64,000 bases of DNA, taken from the NCBI GenBank assembly GCA_030390025.1, contig CM059436.1:57226001-57290000 (forward strand). The letters run 5' to 3'. This DNA comes from Squalus acanthias. Lineage: Eukaryota. The position numbers were made by a program, and so were the translations under genes. Positions 47,591 to 59,229 of this stretch are shown in pieces; position 1 is the stretch's first letter, and each line of letters begins with the position of its first letter. The notes under the pieces were generated by a model. It saw nothing but the letters and a program-made list of their open reading frames with translations, did no database searches and was not told the origin of the DNA.

Positions 47591-48974
47591 TAGACAACTC
47601 TAACCGGGACCTAGTCACAGTGATGAGGCTGGGGTCAGGAACTCGGCAAACTCTAGTAAGATGTCACGCCCCACCAATCTGTAGTGTGATATGTCGGAGT
47701 TCCTACGCACTGCGTCACTGCAGTATGCAGAGTAAATCTACACTACTTAATAATGACCATAGCTGATTTAGAACAGTCTGGATTTAAAAGGAGATTCTAA
47801 AATCAATTGGTTAAATAGTTTAATCAATTACAAATTAAATAAGGGATCTGTCATCATGCCAGCAGGTATTGGCACGGTACAATGCTGTGCACACACTGGA
47901 CGCAGTCATTCAGATCCTGTTCTACAGGAAACAGCTGATGTTAAGCTAACAAAACAAACACTGAAGTGGATTTCAGGTCTTTAGCTGGGCAATTAACATA
48001 CACGCTGGCCAAAAAGTGCCATCCACACAACCTGGGGTACATTCCCTGGGCACGGTTTGGAATCTACAATTAACCAAGAGGCGGTAACACTTTTATAATG
48101 ATTTAATATATCTTAATATTTTATTTAGTGTTTGTTTCATCCGTTGAATGTTCCATCACCACAGTCTGGAATGACCAATTTCATTGAAATTCCACCCACC
48201 CACCTTCTACATCATTCTCTACTTGTTCCTCAAAGATACACCTTGATGCACATTAGCTGCAGCACTAATCTCGCTGAACGAATCCTCGCTCAGTGCCAGC
48301 ATGGTCAGCAATTTCGGTAATAGTTCAAGGCCTGATATCCAGAAGCACTCAGTGAGAGAAGATAGTGAAGATTCCAATTTTAAATCCGGAGGGTCACAGA
48401 ATTCCTGTGGTGCAGGAGAGGCCTTACCCAGATCATACTTCTATAAGTGGTTGAAAGATGCTGAACTTCTTCACGGCTAGTTTATCCTGTCAGGTTCTCT
48501 CTTCTTTACCCCGCACCCCCACCGAGGTTGCCCTCTCTGCCCCAGAACCGTGCTGAACCTAACAACTCAGCAAACGCTCAGACCTCCAGTCAAGTTCACT
48601 CACCAATGGGCAGGCAATCCAAGTTATCTGCCAAGGCTAGAATTCAAACTGCAGTCGTATGACTCAAGTCCAACTGCTAGAGTGACCAGGCCCCTTCCCT
48701 CCCTGTGATCACCATGTTTAAGAATAAACAAAAAAAGCGATTACGTCTACCAACTCGACAAATTTGGTACACCTGTAGTATGTCCCACAGAAAGCAAGAT
48801 TTGCAACCGCAGAAAGTACGAGAGAGACATTCCCAATGAAAACTGTCCTCATCCTCAATGCCAGGAGATAGTTACCACAGGATCACCAAGTCACTGATCT
48901 GATCACTGACAAATCAGTTTTTTTTTAAAAAAAAGGAAAAATATCAGAGTGAACACTCAGAAAAGACACACATC

Positions 48975-49311
48975 TGTGTTACTTCCTCCAGCCCTACAAC
49001 CCTCCGAGATCTCTGCGCTCCTCCAATTCTGGCCTCTTGCGCATTCCCGATTTTAATAGCTCCACCATCGGTGGCCGTGCCTTCAGCTGCCGAGGACATA
49101 TGCTCTGGAATTCCATCCCTAAACCTCTCTGCCTCTCTACCTCTCTTTCCTCCTTTAAGACGCATCTTAAAACTTAACTCTTTGACCAAGTATCTGTCCT
49201 AATTTCTCCTTATGTGGCTCGGTGTCAAATTTTGTTTGATAACGCTCCTGTGAAGCATCTTGGGAGGTTTTACTAAGTTAAAGGTGCTATATAAATGCAA
49301 GCTGTTGTTGT
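48975..49311 (+). mobile_element. L2 LINE 3' end
   Basis: Collinear with 1750-2103. Tail GGTGCTATATAAATGCAAGCTGTTGTTG. Confidence 0.9.
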
Positions 49312-49630
49312 GGTTATCCCATCCACACTGCACAATTGCCCAAATGCCAGCCTGATAGATCAGACCAGACGCCTTGTTCACTGCCCAGGTGTGAACCTCT
49401 CCTCCCCTTCCAGAGCCCTACCTCAGGCGTTAGGGATCAACGTAAAGTATCTACACCGAAGATCACCATTTTGACTCCCCTTCCCACCGTTGCCCATCTT
49501 GCACTTTTCTTTCAACCCAATTCACATATTTTCAACCTCCCTCCCCCAATATAATTAATTAACATCTTAAATAAAGCTTTCAGTTCAACAGAGATGAAAC
49601 AGAAATCTAATAAAACATGATAAACATATT

Positions 49631-50372
49631 GGGCCATAACTTACAGCCCGTACGAGGTGTGTACGCGCCCGTAGGGGCCGCGCAAGTTCCGGGTTTAGGC
49701 ATGCGAAGCGTGTGTGCTAAAACCCGGAACTTGCGATCTGTCAAGAATCTTCTTGACAGATCATCCACATCCCCAGGAAAAGGGCATCCACGAGCGGAAA
49801 GTTGGGCTATTTGCCCAGCGAATGCCCATGAATTTCTTACGCCTGGTAAAAGCAGGCATAACCTGCTTTCACCAGCGTAAGATTTTTAAAGAACAGAAAA
49901 GTAATTTTTTTCCAATAATTTATACATTTAAAAACCTGTGAAATAAGGTACGTTTATTTTTAGCCCCTTTAAAATATGTAAATTTATTTTTCAAAAAATT
50001 AAATTTTTGTTTTAAATATTTAATTAAATGCCATTTTGATTCATTTTAAATATGTGATTTTTTTTTTATTTGAAGTGTACGTGTATTTTTGGGGGTATTC
50101 CCATTCATACTTACGGGGTTTCCATACATACGGAATCCCGATAAGTATGAATGGGGATTCCCCTTCTTTCATTGGTTGGGCCGGCCCACGTGCTCCCAGG
50201 GTGCTTGCGAACCGCGTGCGCCCCTGGGATACGTGGGCCTCTACGCAGGCCTACGCATAGAGGCCCAGGAATGCAAGTGTCCGAACCTCCGGGACCATCA
50301 AGTAAGTTCGTAGATTTTTTGCTGGTCAGAGGCGTCCGCCCACGGGAAGCCTCCGACTGCAAATTCAGGGCC
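49631..50372. mobile_element. Harbinger-like MITE family B, copy 2
   Basis: TIRs GGGCCATAACTTACAG / CTGCAAATTCAGGGCC and ATT TSD. Shares blocks with 42303 (AAAACCCGGAACTTGCGATCTGTCAAG; GCCCAGCGAATGCCCATGAA; CCCACGGGAAGCCTC). Confidence 0.82.
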
Positions 50373-51465
50373 ATTAACATTATAAAAACAGTTAACACTA
50401 TAAATAAGAAATGAAAATGGCATATACTTTAATAAAATCCCTCTCCTTTCTGCACTTTGGTACGCATTTTCAAACCCCCACCAGCATACATTCTTCATGG
50501 ACAGCCTCTTACAGCTTTGGTTACTTGTCCTTTGGCTGTTTTCCCACACTCTCTGATGTATGATTACTTGACAAAAGAATGAAACAAAAACCTGAAACAC
50601 AATAAATTAATTACAGATTTCTGTCCATCCAGCAACTTAACCCAGGGGAGTGCAGCAGGGCTTCTGCTGGTTTAAATTTAAAAGAAAACCTAATATTTCA
50701 TTGAATAACCAGAAACAGAAAGAAAAACTACTGTACTTATTGGCTGTAACGTTAGCAATTAGTTTCCTGTTGCTTTGAAAAATAAAATCTCCAGTTATCA
50801 AACAGTACACCAGGAAGGAGCCTAAAAATAAAAATCCAAAACTTTAATCCCCTTTAACTCAGTACTTTAGGTTAAAAAAAAATCTAAATAAATTGTACAA
50901 ATAGCAAGTTTTACAATTAGGTAACAAATATTGTTCCACTACTCTATCTTACTCTCCCTTAAAGGGAAGGATCAAGTTTTGTTCTGCCGATTTTGTTGCA
51001 CCTTGAATAATTCCCCTCTTTGCATTTTTATACCAATTGAGCTTCCCCCTGCCACTGCGCAGAGTCCAACTGTCTCTCTGGAAATGTTCTCAGCACAAAC
51101 CAATTTCCTCACTCATGGTCTTGTACCCCTCTCCATGTAGGAGGCATTCTACAGATGTGCACACTCAGCCTTGCAAATACTGGAAGCGTATTGAAGTACC
51201 ACAACAAATATCCTTACAATGAGGTTAGAAACTTGCTACTAAACGGCTCCTATCTGTCCATCAGCACCTCTGTAATAGTGATTGACAGCAGCTGTAACAC
51301 CAGACAGAAATAAATTAAAACTTCAACTTACTGGAGGCTGACTAGATTAGTCCAGGATTGATTGTGAGACCCGCGAGAGATTTAAAGAAGCACTGTCTTC
51401 ATGAAGGCAAGCCATTTTATTTTTGTTTGTGGAGAAGAACTGTGTGACATCATCACCACAATAAA

Positions 51466-51570
51466 TGAAAAAAAACTTACATTTATATAGCGCCTTTCAC
51501 GACCCCAGGACGGCCCAAAGTGCTTTACAGCCAACGAAATACTTTTGAAGTGTAGTCACTGTTGTAATGT
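51466..51570 (-). mobile_element. Deu-SINE 3' fragment
   Basis: ATTTATATAGCGCCTTTCACGACC...CTTTTGAAGTGTAGTCACTGTTGTAATGT is the reverse complement of the Deu-SINE tail. Confidence 0.88.
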
Positions 51571-53029
51571 CACGCACAAATGACATATTGGAACAAGTTG
51601 TGACAGGGTGTTCACCAACAAAGCCAGAAATTGTTTGCTAAGCACTTTTTCTTAAAGGTAGTGGGCCTTTAAATAGTTTAAAGGGGAAAATGTAGTAAAA
51701 GTGTCTACAGAGAAGAGAATGAGAACGTGGTATGCAAGACCTCTGAACAAAGAGGCAGGGGCCACTGGTGACAGGAGGTTAGAATAGTGAGCGTACAAGT
51801 GAATGCATGATAGATGTGAGGGGGAGGGGATAACACAACGTGAGCTGCAGAAAAGTAAAAAGGGCGTGTCCAGCAATGAGACCGAGGGAGACACACGTAG
51901 AGAGACTCAGATCAACCAAGTTCAGATACAAATACTTCATGTGCTCATACTGCTTTTCCATGTGCACTATTTTTATGCAGGCATTAAATCAATTTAAATA
52001 AACAGGTTAACATCTATGCAAAAATAGCACATGCAGGAACATGGTGTTTGTATGTAAACTTCATTGATGGGAATTTCTGCTCCAGAGAGAAACAGGCAGA
52101 CAGAGAATCGGAGATCAAGGCTCCTTCAGGCCTCCCATCTATACGGAAGGATTTTAATAAATAGACAACGGTTGCTTGCTTTTCCTCAAAAAACTATAAT
52201 TTTTTTGTTGTCCCTAAATTTCTTCAAATTCATTAGTTTTTTTTGCTATTGCTTCAATGAACATAATCTAAACTGTCATGTACTGAATATAGTAGTCCTG
52301 TGCTATGACATCCATTAAAGAACGTATTTCTTTCCAATTACTTGCTTGTAATTTCCTTGCACTGTTTTTAGGTTACTTGCCAGGGAGAAGTGAGAGAATC
52401 TTCAGCTAATGAATAAAGATTGAAATAAATGAACTGGGAATGGTTGGTCGGAAATCCTACCCAAGTTTTAGTCTTCACTTACTTCCATAAATGTGTTTAT
52501 AATCTATAAAATGGAACAGGTGTGGAAAGAAGTCCAAGTATCATTGGCAAACCTTCTGCAGACAGCAAGGCTTGCATTCAGAATTCTCAACAGGATTTAT
52601 TTACTCTGTCAATTGCAAAGACTGGACAGAGCTTGGAGAAGCAGAATAGAGTTTTTTGGAATAGAAGGTATGGCTAGGAGGAACTCCATAAATCGGCTGT
52701 CCAGCCTTTCCGTGCAACAATGGATACTGCCAGTCCACAGATGTGCACTTGACACACGCCTTGCACTCAGCACCTCTCAGCAATCCAATCGTTTCCTTTG
52801 CTTAGTCACGGTGTGCTGACTGGCTGAACAACAGATCATAATGACTGGACTGCAGATTCAACCATCCCATCCGCAGTCCCGTACAATAAATCTACACCCA
52901 CTGGCCAACCCAAATTACAGATCTGTACTACCCATCTGACCAGAAAATGCATCTAAAAGAACAAATCAGCTCAACAGAAATCGCACCCAGAAAGAGTTCA
53001 GTAATAATGTCACCTGCCTGAACCAGAAC

Positions 53030-54060
53030 ATTTACAAGTCCTAATTGGACAGAGGGCCATATTCATCAGGGGCCAGTCCATTTGATACATTTCTATTCCA
53101 TTCTCATCTTAGTCAGCCCATCTAGTTCATCCTTCCATAGAGATCAATGATCTTCCCCATCACAGCATCCAAGTAACTCGTCATTGATGCCAGAGTTTTT
53201 ACATCCACTATCCTCTTCAGAAGACCATTCCAAGTATCATTCACCTCTTTGTCTGAAGAAGTGCTTCCTGACATCAGTCCTGAACTTACTTTTACCAGTT
53301 CGTACCTATGTCTCCTTGTCCCCCAGTTGTGGTTTAACTTGAAATATTTCTCAGGATTAACCTTTACTATTCCACTTAGTATTTCACATGTCTCTATAGA
53401 GTCCCCGCTCATTCATCTTCCCACCACCCCCTCCCCGCCCAATGCTGAAAAGTCCCAATTTTTTCTAACCTTTCATCATAACTCCTTTGACACAAGAGGT
53501 CAGTCTCATGGCCCTTCTCTGCACCACTTGAAGCACATGGATGTTTTGCTTGTACCTCAGTGACCAGAACAGAACATAGTATTATCAAGGTGCAGCCTGA
53601 CCAGACCACTAAAAAGCTTCATTCAGCACAGTGGCCTCAGACTTTTACCCTACTGATTTGGCAGTAATCGAAGCACTCTGGTTGCTTTATTAATTGCTGC
53701 ACACAGTCAATGGTCAACTATCACTCTCAGATCTCTTTCAGCCTCTCCCCAACTAGTTCAACACCATTCATTAAGCATGTCCCAATGTTTTATTCCAATG
53801 TGTAAGATCTCGCATTGATCTGTATTGAATTGGATCTGCCATTTAGTTCTGCTCACTTACAAATATTGTCTCGGTCCTTCTGTAACTTCTTGGTTGTTTA
53901 TCAGACCCTACTAACCCCCTTCCCCCACCCCATCAGCTGCAAATCTGACCAAGTTATAATGCATTTCTGAATCTATGTCATTTACTTAGACCAGAAACAA
54001 GAGGAACCCAGCTCACATCCCTGGGGCACTCCATTCAATAGATCTCCCCAGCCTTCTTGC
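53030..54060 (-). mobile_element. Old CR1 LINE fragment (RT C-half to 3' end)
   Basis: Minus ORF 53122-53412 (GDSIETCEILSGIVKVNPEKYF...GTRRHRYEL...WNGL). GGAGTGCCCCAGGGA near 54030, TTGCAGCTGA near 53940. Confidence 0.8.
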
Positions 54061-54194
54061 ACCTAGTTCTTAATCCGTCTTCTAGGATACCCAGTGCATT
54101 AAGCTCTGCCTAGCGCTGGACTGCAGTTTGTTACAAATTCTGGGGCTAGTTAAAGGTTAGAACCTCCGCTTGACCACTGCCTGCACAGAGTCAT

Positions 54195-54368
54195 GGGGTA
54201 ATTTTATGAGTCCGCACTGCCAATGGGGCAATTCAAAAATGATAGGGGGACACTACCCATGATTTTCTCACCATTAAACTGAATGGTCAGAAAATCGTGG
54301 GCTGTGCAGGCCCAGATTTCCAATTTGTGGTGCATCTGCGGGCAGCGTAGACTTTTAAAATTTACCCC
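54195..54368. mobile_element. Short palindromic MITE (174 bp)
   Basis: TIRs GGGGTAATTTTATGAGTC / GACTTTTAAAATTTACCCC, 3-bp TSD CAT, and central hairpin CCCATGATTTTCTCACCATT-AAACTG-AATGGTCAGAAAATCGTGGG. Confidence 0.75.
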
Positions 54369-54529
54369 CATTGGGTTTTAGTGGAATCAAAAAAAGTCAA
54401 AAAGCAACATTTTCACGGGATAAATTATCAAAATTGTAGTTTACAGGCCCCCAGATTTGGGTGCAGAAGCCTCCTTTCCAAATCTAATAAAAGGGGGCAT
54501 TTCATGAACTTCAGTTCTTTTGTATAGAC

Positions 54530-54606
54530 ACAGATCAGCATTGATCTAATTAAATGGCAGAACAGGCTCGAGGGTCTGAATGGCCTACTCCTGCTCCTAT
54601 GTTCCT
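54530..54606 (+). mobile_element. CR1 LINE extreme 3' tail
   Basis: GATCAGCATTGATCTAATTAAATGGCAGAACAGGCTCGAGGGTCTGAATGGCCTACTCCTGCTCCTATGTTCC. Confidence 0.8.
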
Positions 54607-56121
54607 TGTACAATGAACAGCAATTTAAAGCTGTCTGATAGCCCTGTTTTAAAAAAGGAAAAAATGTCACTGGAAAGTACAGCAACTAAATGAATTCTAT
54701 ATTAGGGATAACGCTGTACAAAAGAGTTGAACTTCATGAATTAAAAAAAAAATTGGCAAAGAGGCCACGAAAGTATAATGTTATCACTTATTTCAAACAA
54801 GAAGCTGAAAGGTGTGCATCCCAGAGGGCCCCAGCTGGCTGCAATTCAACGTCCCGCCCACATTTCTATGTTTAAAATAAGTCCCGTGGTGCAGCCCTGC
54901 GGCCCTGCAGCATGCAACAGTTGTATCTGCACAGGCCCACTGTGCAGGCAACTATTACTACTGACTGTCCCTTTCACTAGGTTTCCAAAAAAAATATCTT
55001 TTAGCATTTTCTTTTAAAAAAAGTGATTTGCCAGCCAACTCCTGGAGCAGAATTGCAGCAATGCTGAAGAATCTGGCAGCCTGGACACAAATTCTCTCGG
55101 AACAGGGGTCAGAGTTGGACAATTGCAAAAATTCTAATTCCTCGTTCTTTCCCCATCAAGAAAAAGATTATCAATTAACAAATTTCTAAAAGAGTCACCT
55201 ACACATTAAAAGTTTTAATTTTCTTTTTTTTTAAAGTAACGCATCAGTCATAGCACCCTATACTTGTTGGTGCTAGATTACATTTCCACGGCAGCTGTTC
55301 CTTTTGTCTACCTTCAGTGAAGCCAAACCAGCCTAAAATTTCATTTAATCTGCTGTAAACCAAGTGTCAGGCACTTAAATGGCAGCTAAAAGCGCCACTC
55401 TCAGATAGCTGACTGACACTTGCTAATAATAGCTATACAGGTCGAGAGCAGGAGCAGACATTTTGTGAAACCGAAGAGGAACCTGTATATGGGAACGGCT
55501 CAGACCGGTCAGTCTCAACTTCTTAACCAGCAAAAACAGAATCCCCAAATCACCCCTCAGCACTACTAAAGCCAGCAGTGACCTTCCCAGCTCTTTATGT
55601 TAGTGCTGATGGTGTGGGGGATGGGGTGGAATAGAGCCACAATCTACAATTCTGCAATGTAAACTTTTTTTTCCTATTGTTACAATAGAAAAGCAAATTA
55701 AAATGGGATGGGAGGGTCAAAATGTTCCCTCAAAGTAAATTTTTTTTTTTAATGGAATCTGCATAAATTACAGAAATCATTTACTTTACAGCACTGTGCC
55801 AATCTGAATCAACATTTTACAGCATACAAATGAAAATCATCATTTAATAGTGCAATATACGCACTTTGACAAATCCCCCATGAATCTCATCCACATCCTT
55901 TAACAGATACCGACAAGGATAAAGTGGCAAACAAAGCTGTGTGGAGATATTCACAGAGAAGAGCTCTGCAGGAGACTGCAGCTTGAAATGAGGCAGAGGC
56001 CCCCATCAACAGTGACTGAACACCCTGAAAGTTGATAATACTGCTTTATTTGCCAAATGTTGAATCTTTCATTTCATTAGCACCTTTCCTCACAAAGTGA
56101 TATTCAGTACTGCCCATAACG

Positions 56122-56193
56122 ATGAGGTCAATCTAATGATGCTCACTCCTGGCTCCGTGACTCAGTAACCGAACAATTAGGAGTGACGTCACT
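56122..56193. promoter_or_regulatory. Candidate CRE/AP-1 enhancer cluster
   Basis: TGAGGTCA (56123-56130), TGACTCA (56158-56164) and the palindrome AGTGACGTCACT (56182-56193) lie within about 70 bp of apparently non-repeat DNA. Confidence 0.35.
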
Positions 56194-56394
56194 TTGACTG
56201 GCAGAGCTGGCTGTGCCACCAATCTTCCACTCAGAAATTAAAGCTGCAAAAATTTGCTTCTGACTCTACCAAATACGTGGTAAGAGATGTCTTGGGTTTT
56301 TTGGGAGCGGAAAGAGAAAGCTCACAGATATTAGAATGTAAAGTGGCACAAAGAAACCTGTCCATTAAAAAGAGGTCACAGTTACTGTCCACTA

Positions 56395-56832
56395 GAAGAA
56401 CTTGATTTAGAAATCATCTCAGCACATTCCCATGGTGTCCCAAACAACTTCACAACCAATGAATGACCTTTGTAGTGCAGTCACTGTTGTTATGTAGGTA
56501 AACGTGCTAGCCAATTTGCACAAAGCAAAGTCCTACAAGCAGCAATGAGATAAATAACTAGCTAATTTTTGGTGTTGATGGTTGAGGGACGAATGCTGGC
56601 CGTAACACAAGAGCTCCATGCTCTTCTTCGAATAGTACCATGGAATCTTTTACAGCCAGCTGAACAGACAGACAGGGCCACGGTTTACTGCCTGATCTAA
56701 AAGACCGAACCTCCGACAATACAGCACTCCCTCACTACTGCACTGAAATATATGTTCAAGCCCTGGAGTGGGGCTTGAACCACAACCTTCTCACTCAGAG
56801 ACTAGAGTGCCAAGAACCAAGCCAGGTTGACA
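56395..56832 (-). mobile_element. Deu-SINE, near full length, diverged
   Basis: Reverse complement of the Deu domain (CCTCCGACAATACAGCACTCCCTCACTACTGCACTG; CTCTTCTTCGAATAGTACCATGG) and head (GGAGTGGGGCTTGAACCACAACCTTCT). Confidence 0.85.
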
Positions 56833-56901
56833 TAGCTTACAGTGAAGATGGAGGGAAGGAGGAAAGAGAAAAATCCCAGTGTTACCTCCCACATAAAAGG
56901 T

Positions 56902-57050
56902 AAAAATGAGAAGTCGCACATCACCAGGTTATAGTCCAACAGATTTATTTAAAATTATAATTTTAAATAAATCTGTTGGACTATAACCTGGTGTTGTGCG
57001 ACTTCTCATTTTTGTCCACCCCAGTCCAACGCCGGCATCTCCACATCCTG
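56902..57050 (+). mobile_element. Short PLE terminal-repeat insertion forming a loopless palindrome
   Basis: 12-bp TSD ACATAAAAGGTA at 56891-56902 and 57051-57062. 112-bp palindrome at 56902-57013 with one mismatch, followed by the same tail as the 11164 element (GTCCACCCCAGTCCAA..CCGGCATCTCCACATC). Confidence 0.85.
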
Positions 57051-57461
57051 ACATAAAAGGTATACACAGAACTCCATTTATTCAACAAGGGTTAGTTTAC
57101 AGAACTCAATGAGCTAAAAAGCAAACCATCGTTTGCCATCTGTGCTGCAGATTGTACATTTTCTACAAGGATCGAGAATGGATATTGCACACAAGGTTTA
57201 CAAATTGTGACAAAATGGATTTCTGGCTCCCTTACTGACAGCAACTAGTATTACAAAAACCACTGTCGTGGAGGGTATGCATTCCATTTCTCAAATTCCC
57301 CTTCTCCGAGAACAAGCAGCCTCACCGCACACTGGTGGGGAAGGGGGGAGGGCTGGGGGTCTCCATTAGTAATAGTCAGTGTTGTGATCAGTTTGCAGAG
57401 CACTCTGCATGGGAGGGACACTACAGTTCCCAGACATCAAGCACCTGAGAAACTGTAAGCA

Positions 57462-57718
57462 ATCCCTGATTATAAATCACTCAACCATTGGTGGCCGTGC
57501 CTTCTGTTGCCTGGGCCCTAAGCTCTGGAATTCCCTGCCTAAACCTCTCCACCTCTCTTTCCTCCTTTAAGACGCTCCTTAAAACCTACCTCTATGACCA
57601 AGCTTTTGGTCATCTGCCCTAATTTCTCCTTATGTGGCTCGGTGTCAAATTGTGAAGCGCCCTGGGACGTTTTACTACGACAATGGCGCTATATAAATAC
57701 AAGTTGTTGTTGTTGTTG
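57462..57718 (+). mobile_element. L2 LINE 3' end
   Basis: Collinear with 1822-2103. Tail GGCGCTATATAAATACAAG(TTG)n. Confidence 0.92.
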
Positions 57719-57897
57719 TATCACAGCCTTGAAAAAAAATGCAAAACAGAGTGGAATCTGGTTCTGTGCAATAGGTCAAGACCAACAAAAGGCTTGTGTC
57801 TAACCACACTCACAGTTACCGGCAATGGCTGCATATGTCTATTAAGTGCAAGAGTGGCACTTGGTAACAATTTGCTTCTCTCCAAATTACTTTGTAC

Positions 57898-58140
57898 TGG
57901 GGTGGCCTGATAGCACAACCCTGCAGCAAAGGACTTTCAAATAGGAGACCAGAGTTCAAATCCGAGTCTGGACTGACATTCACATTCTGGCAACCCCTAG
58001 AGGGGCCAGTCTCAGTCTCAGCCTTCAGGGGAAAACAGATTAAACTAGTCTCAGCTGGGTTCGGGGGGTGGGGAGGGAGGGAGAGCGATAGGAGTCCCTT
58101 CCTCGCTGCTCCATAGCACCTCCTGGTGGATGAACCAAAG
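57898..58140 (+). mobile_element. tRNA-headed SINE-like fragment
   Basis: GGGGTGGCCTGATAGCACAA...GACCAGAGTTCAAATCC has A/B-box-like spacing. Confidence 0.35.
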
Positions 58141-59229
58141 TGCAGCATTGCCTGAATTCACGGGTCTTAACCATAGATGGACGATCCTTCCCTCTCCATT
58201 ATGGATAGGATAGATTTGTGTAAGGAGGTGAGTGAGGGCAGAAAGAGAAAACACAAATTACTTTTTAAAATTTACTAATGAAATACAAATACTATTTTAT
58301 TCCATGTTTTCCCTTAGTTTCAGTCAGATTTGAACTGCAGGTCATTGTGTTCTATTTCACTGTATACAGGGAAATAACATACCCTGTATACAGTTTTTTT
58401 TTAATTATCTATTTTTATTGTACAGTGGGGGATCTTACCTGACAGTTTAGTCCTAAAGTGCAACAATATCCTCAAAGAAAAAATGGTGTAAATGAAGGAT
58501 AGCAATCTCCCTCTAGATGTATTACATCATAAGGCAAGTTGGACCATAATCACGAGTTGGATCACATCAAAAGACAAGGTTTGCTGCATGCTGGACATTA
58601 ACAGGAGGCAAAGAGACATTTAAATGAGGCTGTTTACACCAACTTGATGGCAACCCACTTAGTGAGGCAAATTTTAAACTGGCATTTGGAGGGAAGTAGT
58701 TTCACTCCACAAACGCTAAATGATGTTAATGACGCCTATTTAAATGGTGCAATTGGATTTGGAAGAGTTGCTATTTCTGAACAAAGCTCACTTTACAGCT
58801 CCAGTCGGAGCAGAAGCAGCTTGTGATTTCAACATTCACTCAAAAGCGGCTTTCTGTAGGGCTACAGAGCAGGGCAGCACCTCCGGTTTCATTCTCAGCC
58901 CTTCTCATATGGACACTAAGAAAATTCAAAAGTCACATTCAACTAACCAGAGCTCTCCCTAGACATAGATTGAATGTTAGTGATCCCATCCAAGGCAAAA
59001 ATAAAAAATACAATTGTAAGAAAGGCATGCTTAACACAATTCTCTGCATCTTTAGAGAAATGTGATCAGACATATATAAGGTGGACAGCAATACTGAGAA
59101 CAAGACAAAAACAGAGTGAAAGAGAAAGTATAAACTCATTAAAATATTGGCAGATCTCCCATGGCATACTCATAGTAAGTAGGACGATATGCTGTTTTGT
59201 AAGGAGAGGAGTGTTGTGTGCTACACGAT

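Noticed and set aside
57420-57433. ZNF143/THAP11-type ACTACAGTTCCCAG promoter motif
   Set aside because: A single motif with no CpG island or other promoter evidence is insufficient to call a promoter.
58359-58402. Rho-independent terminator
   Set aside because: The context is eukaryotic, with no upstream bacterial-type gene.
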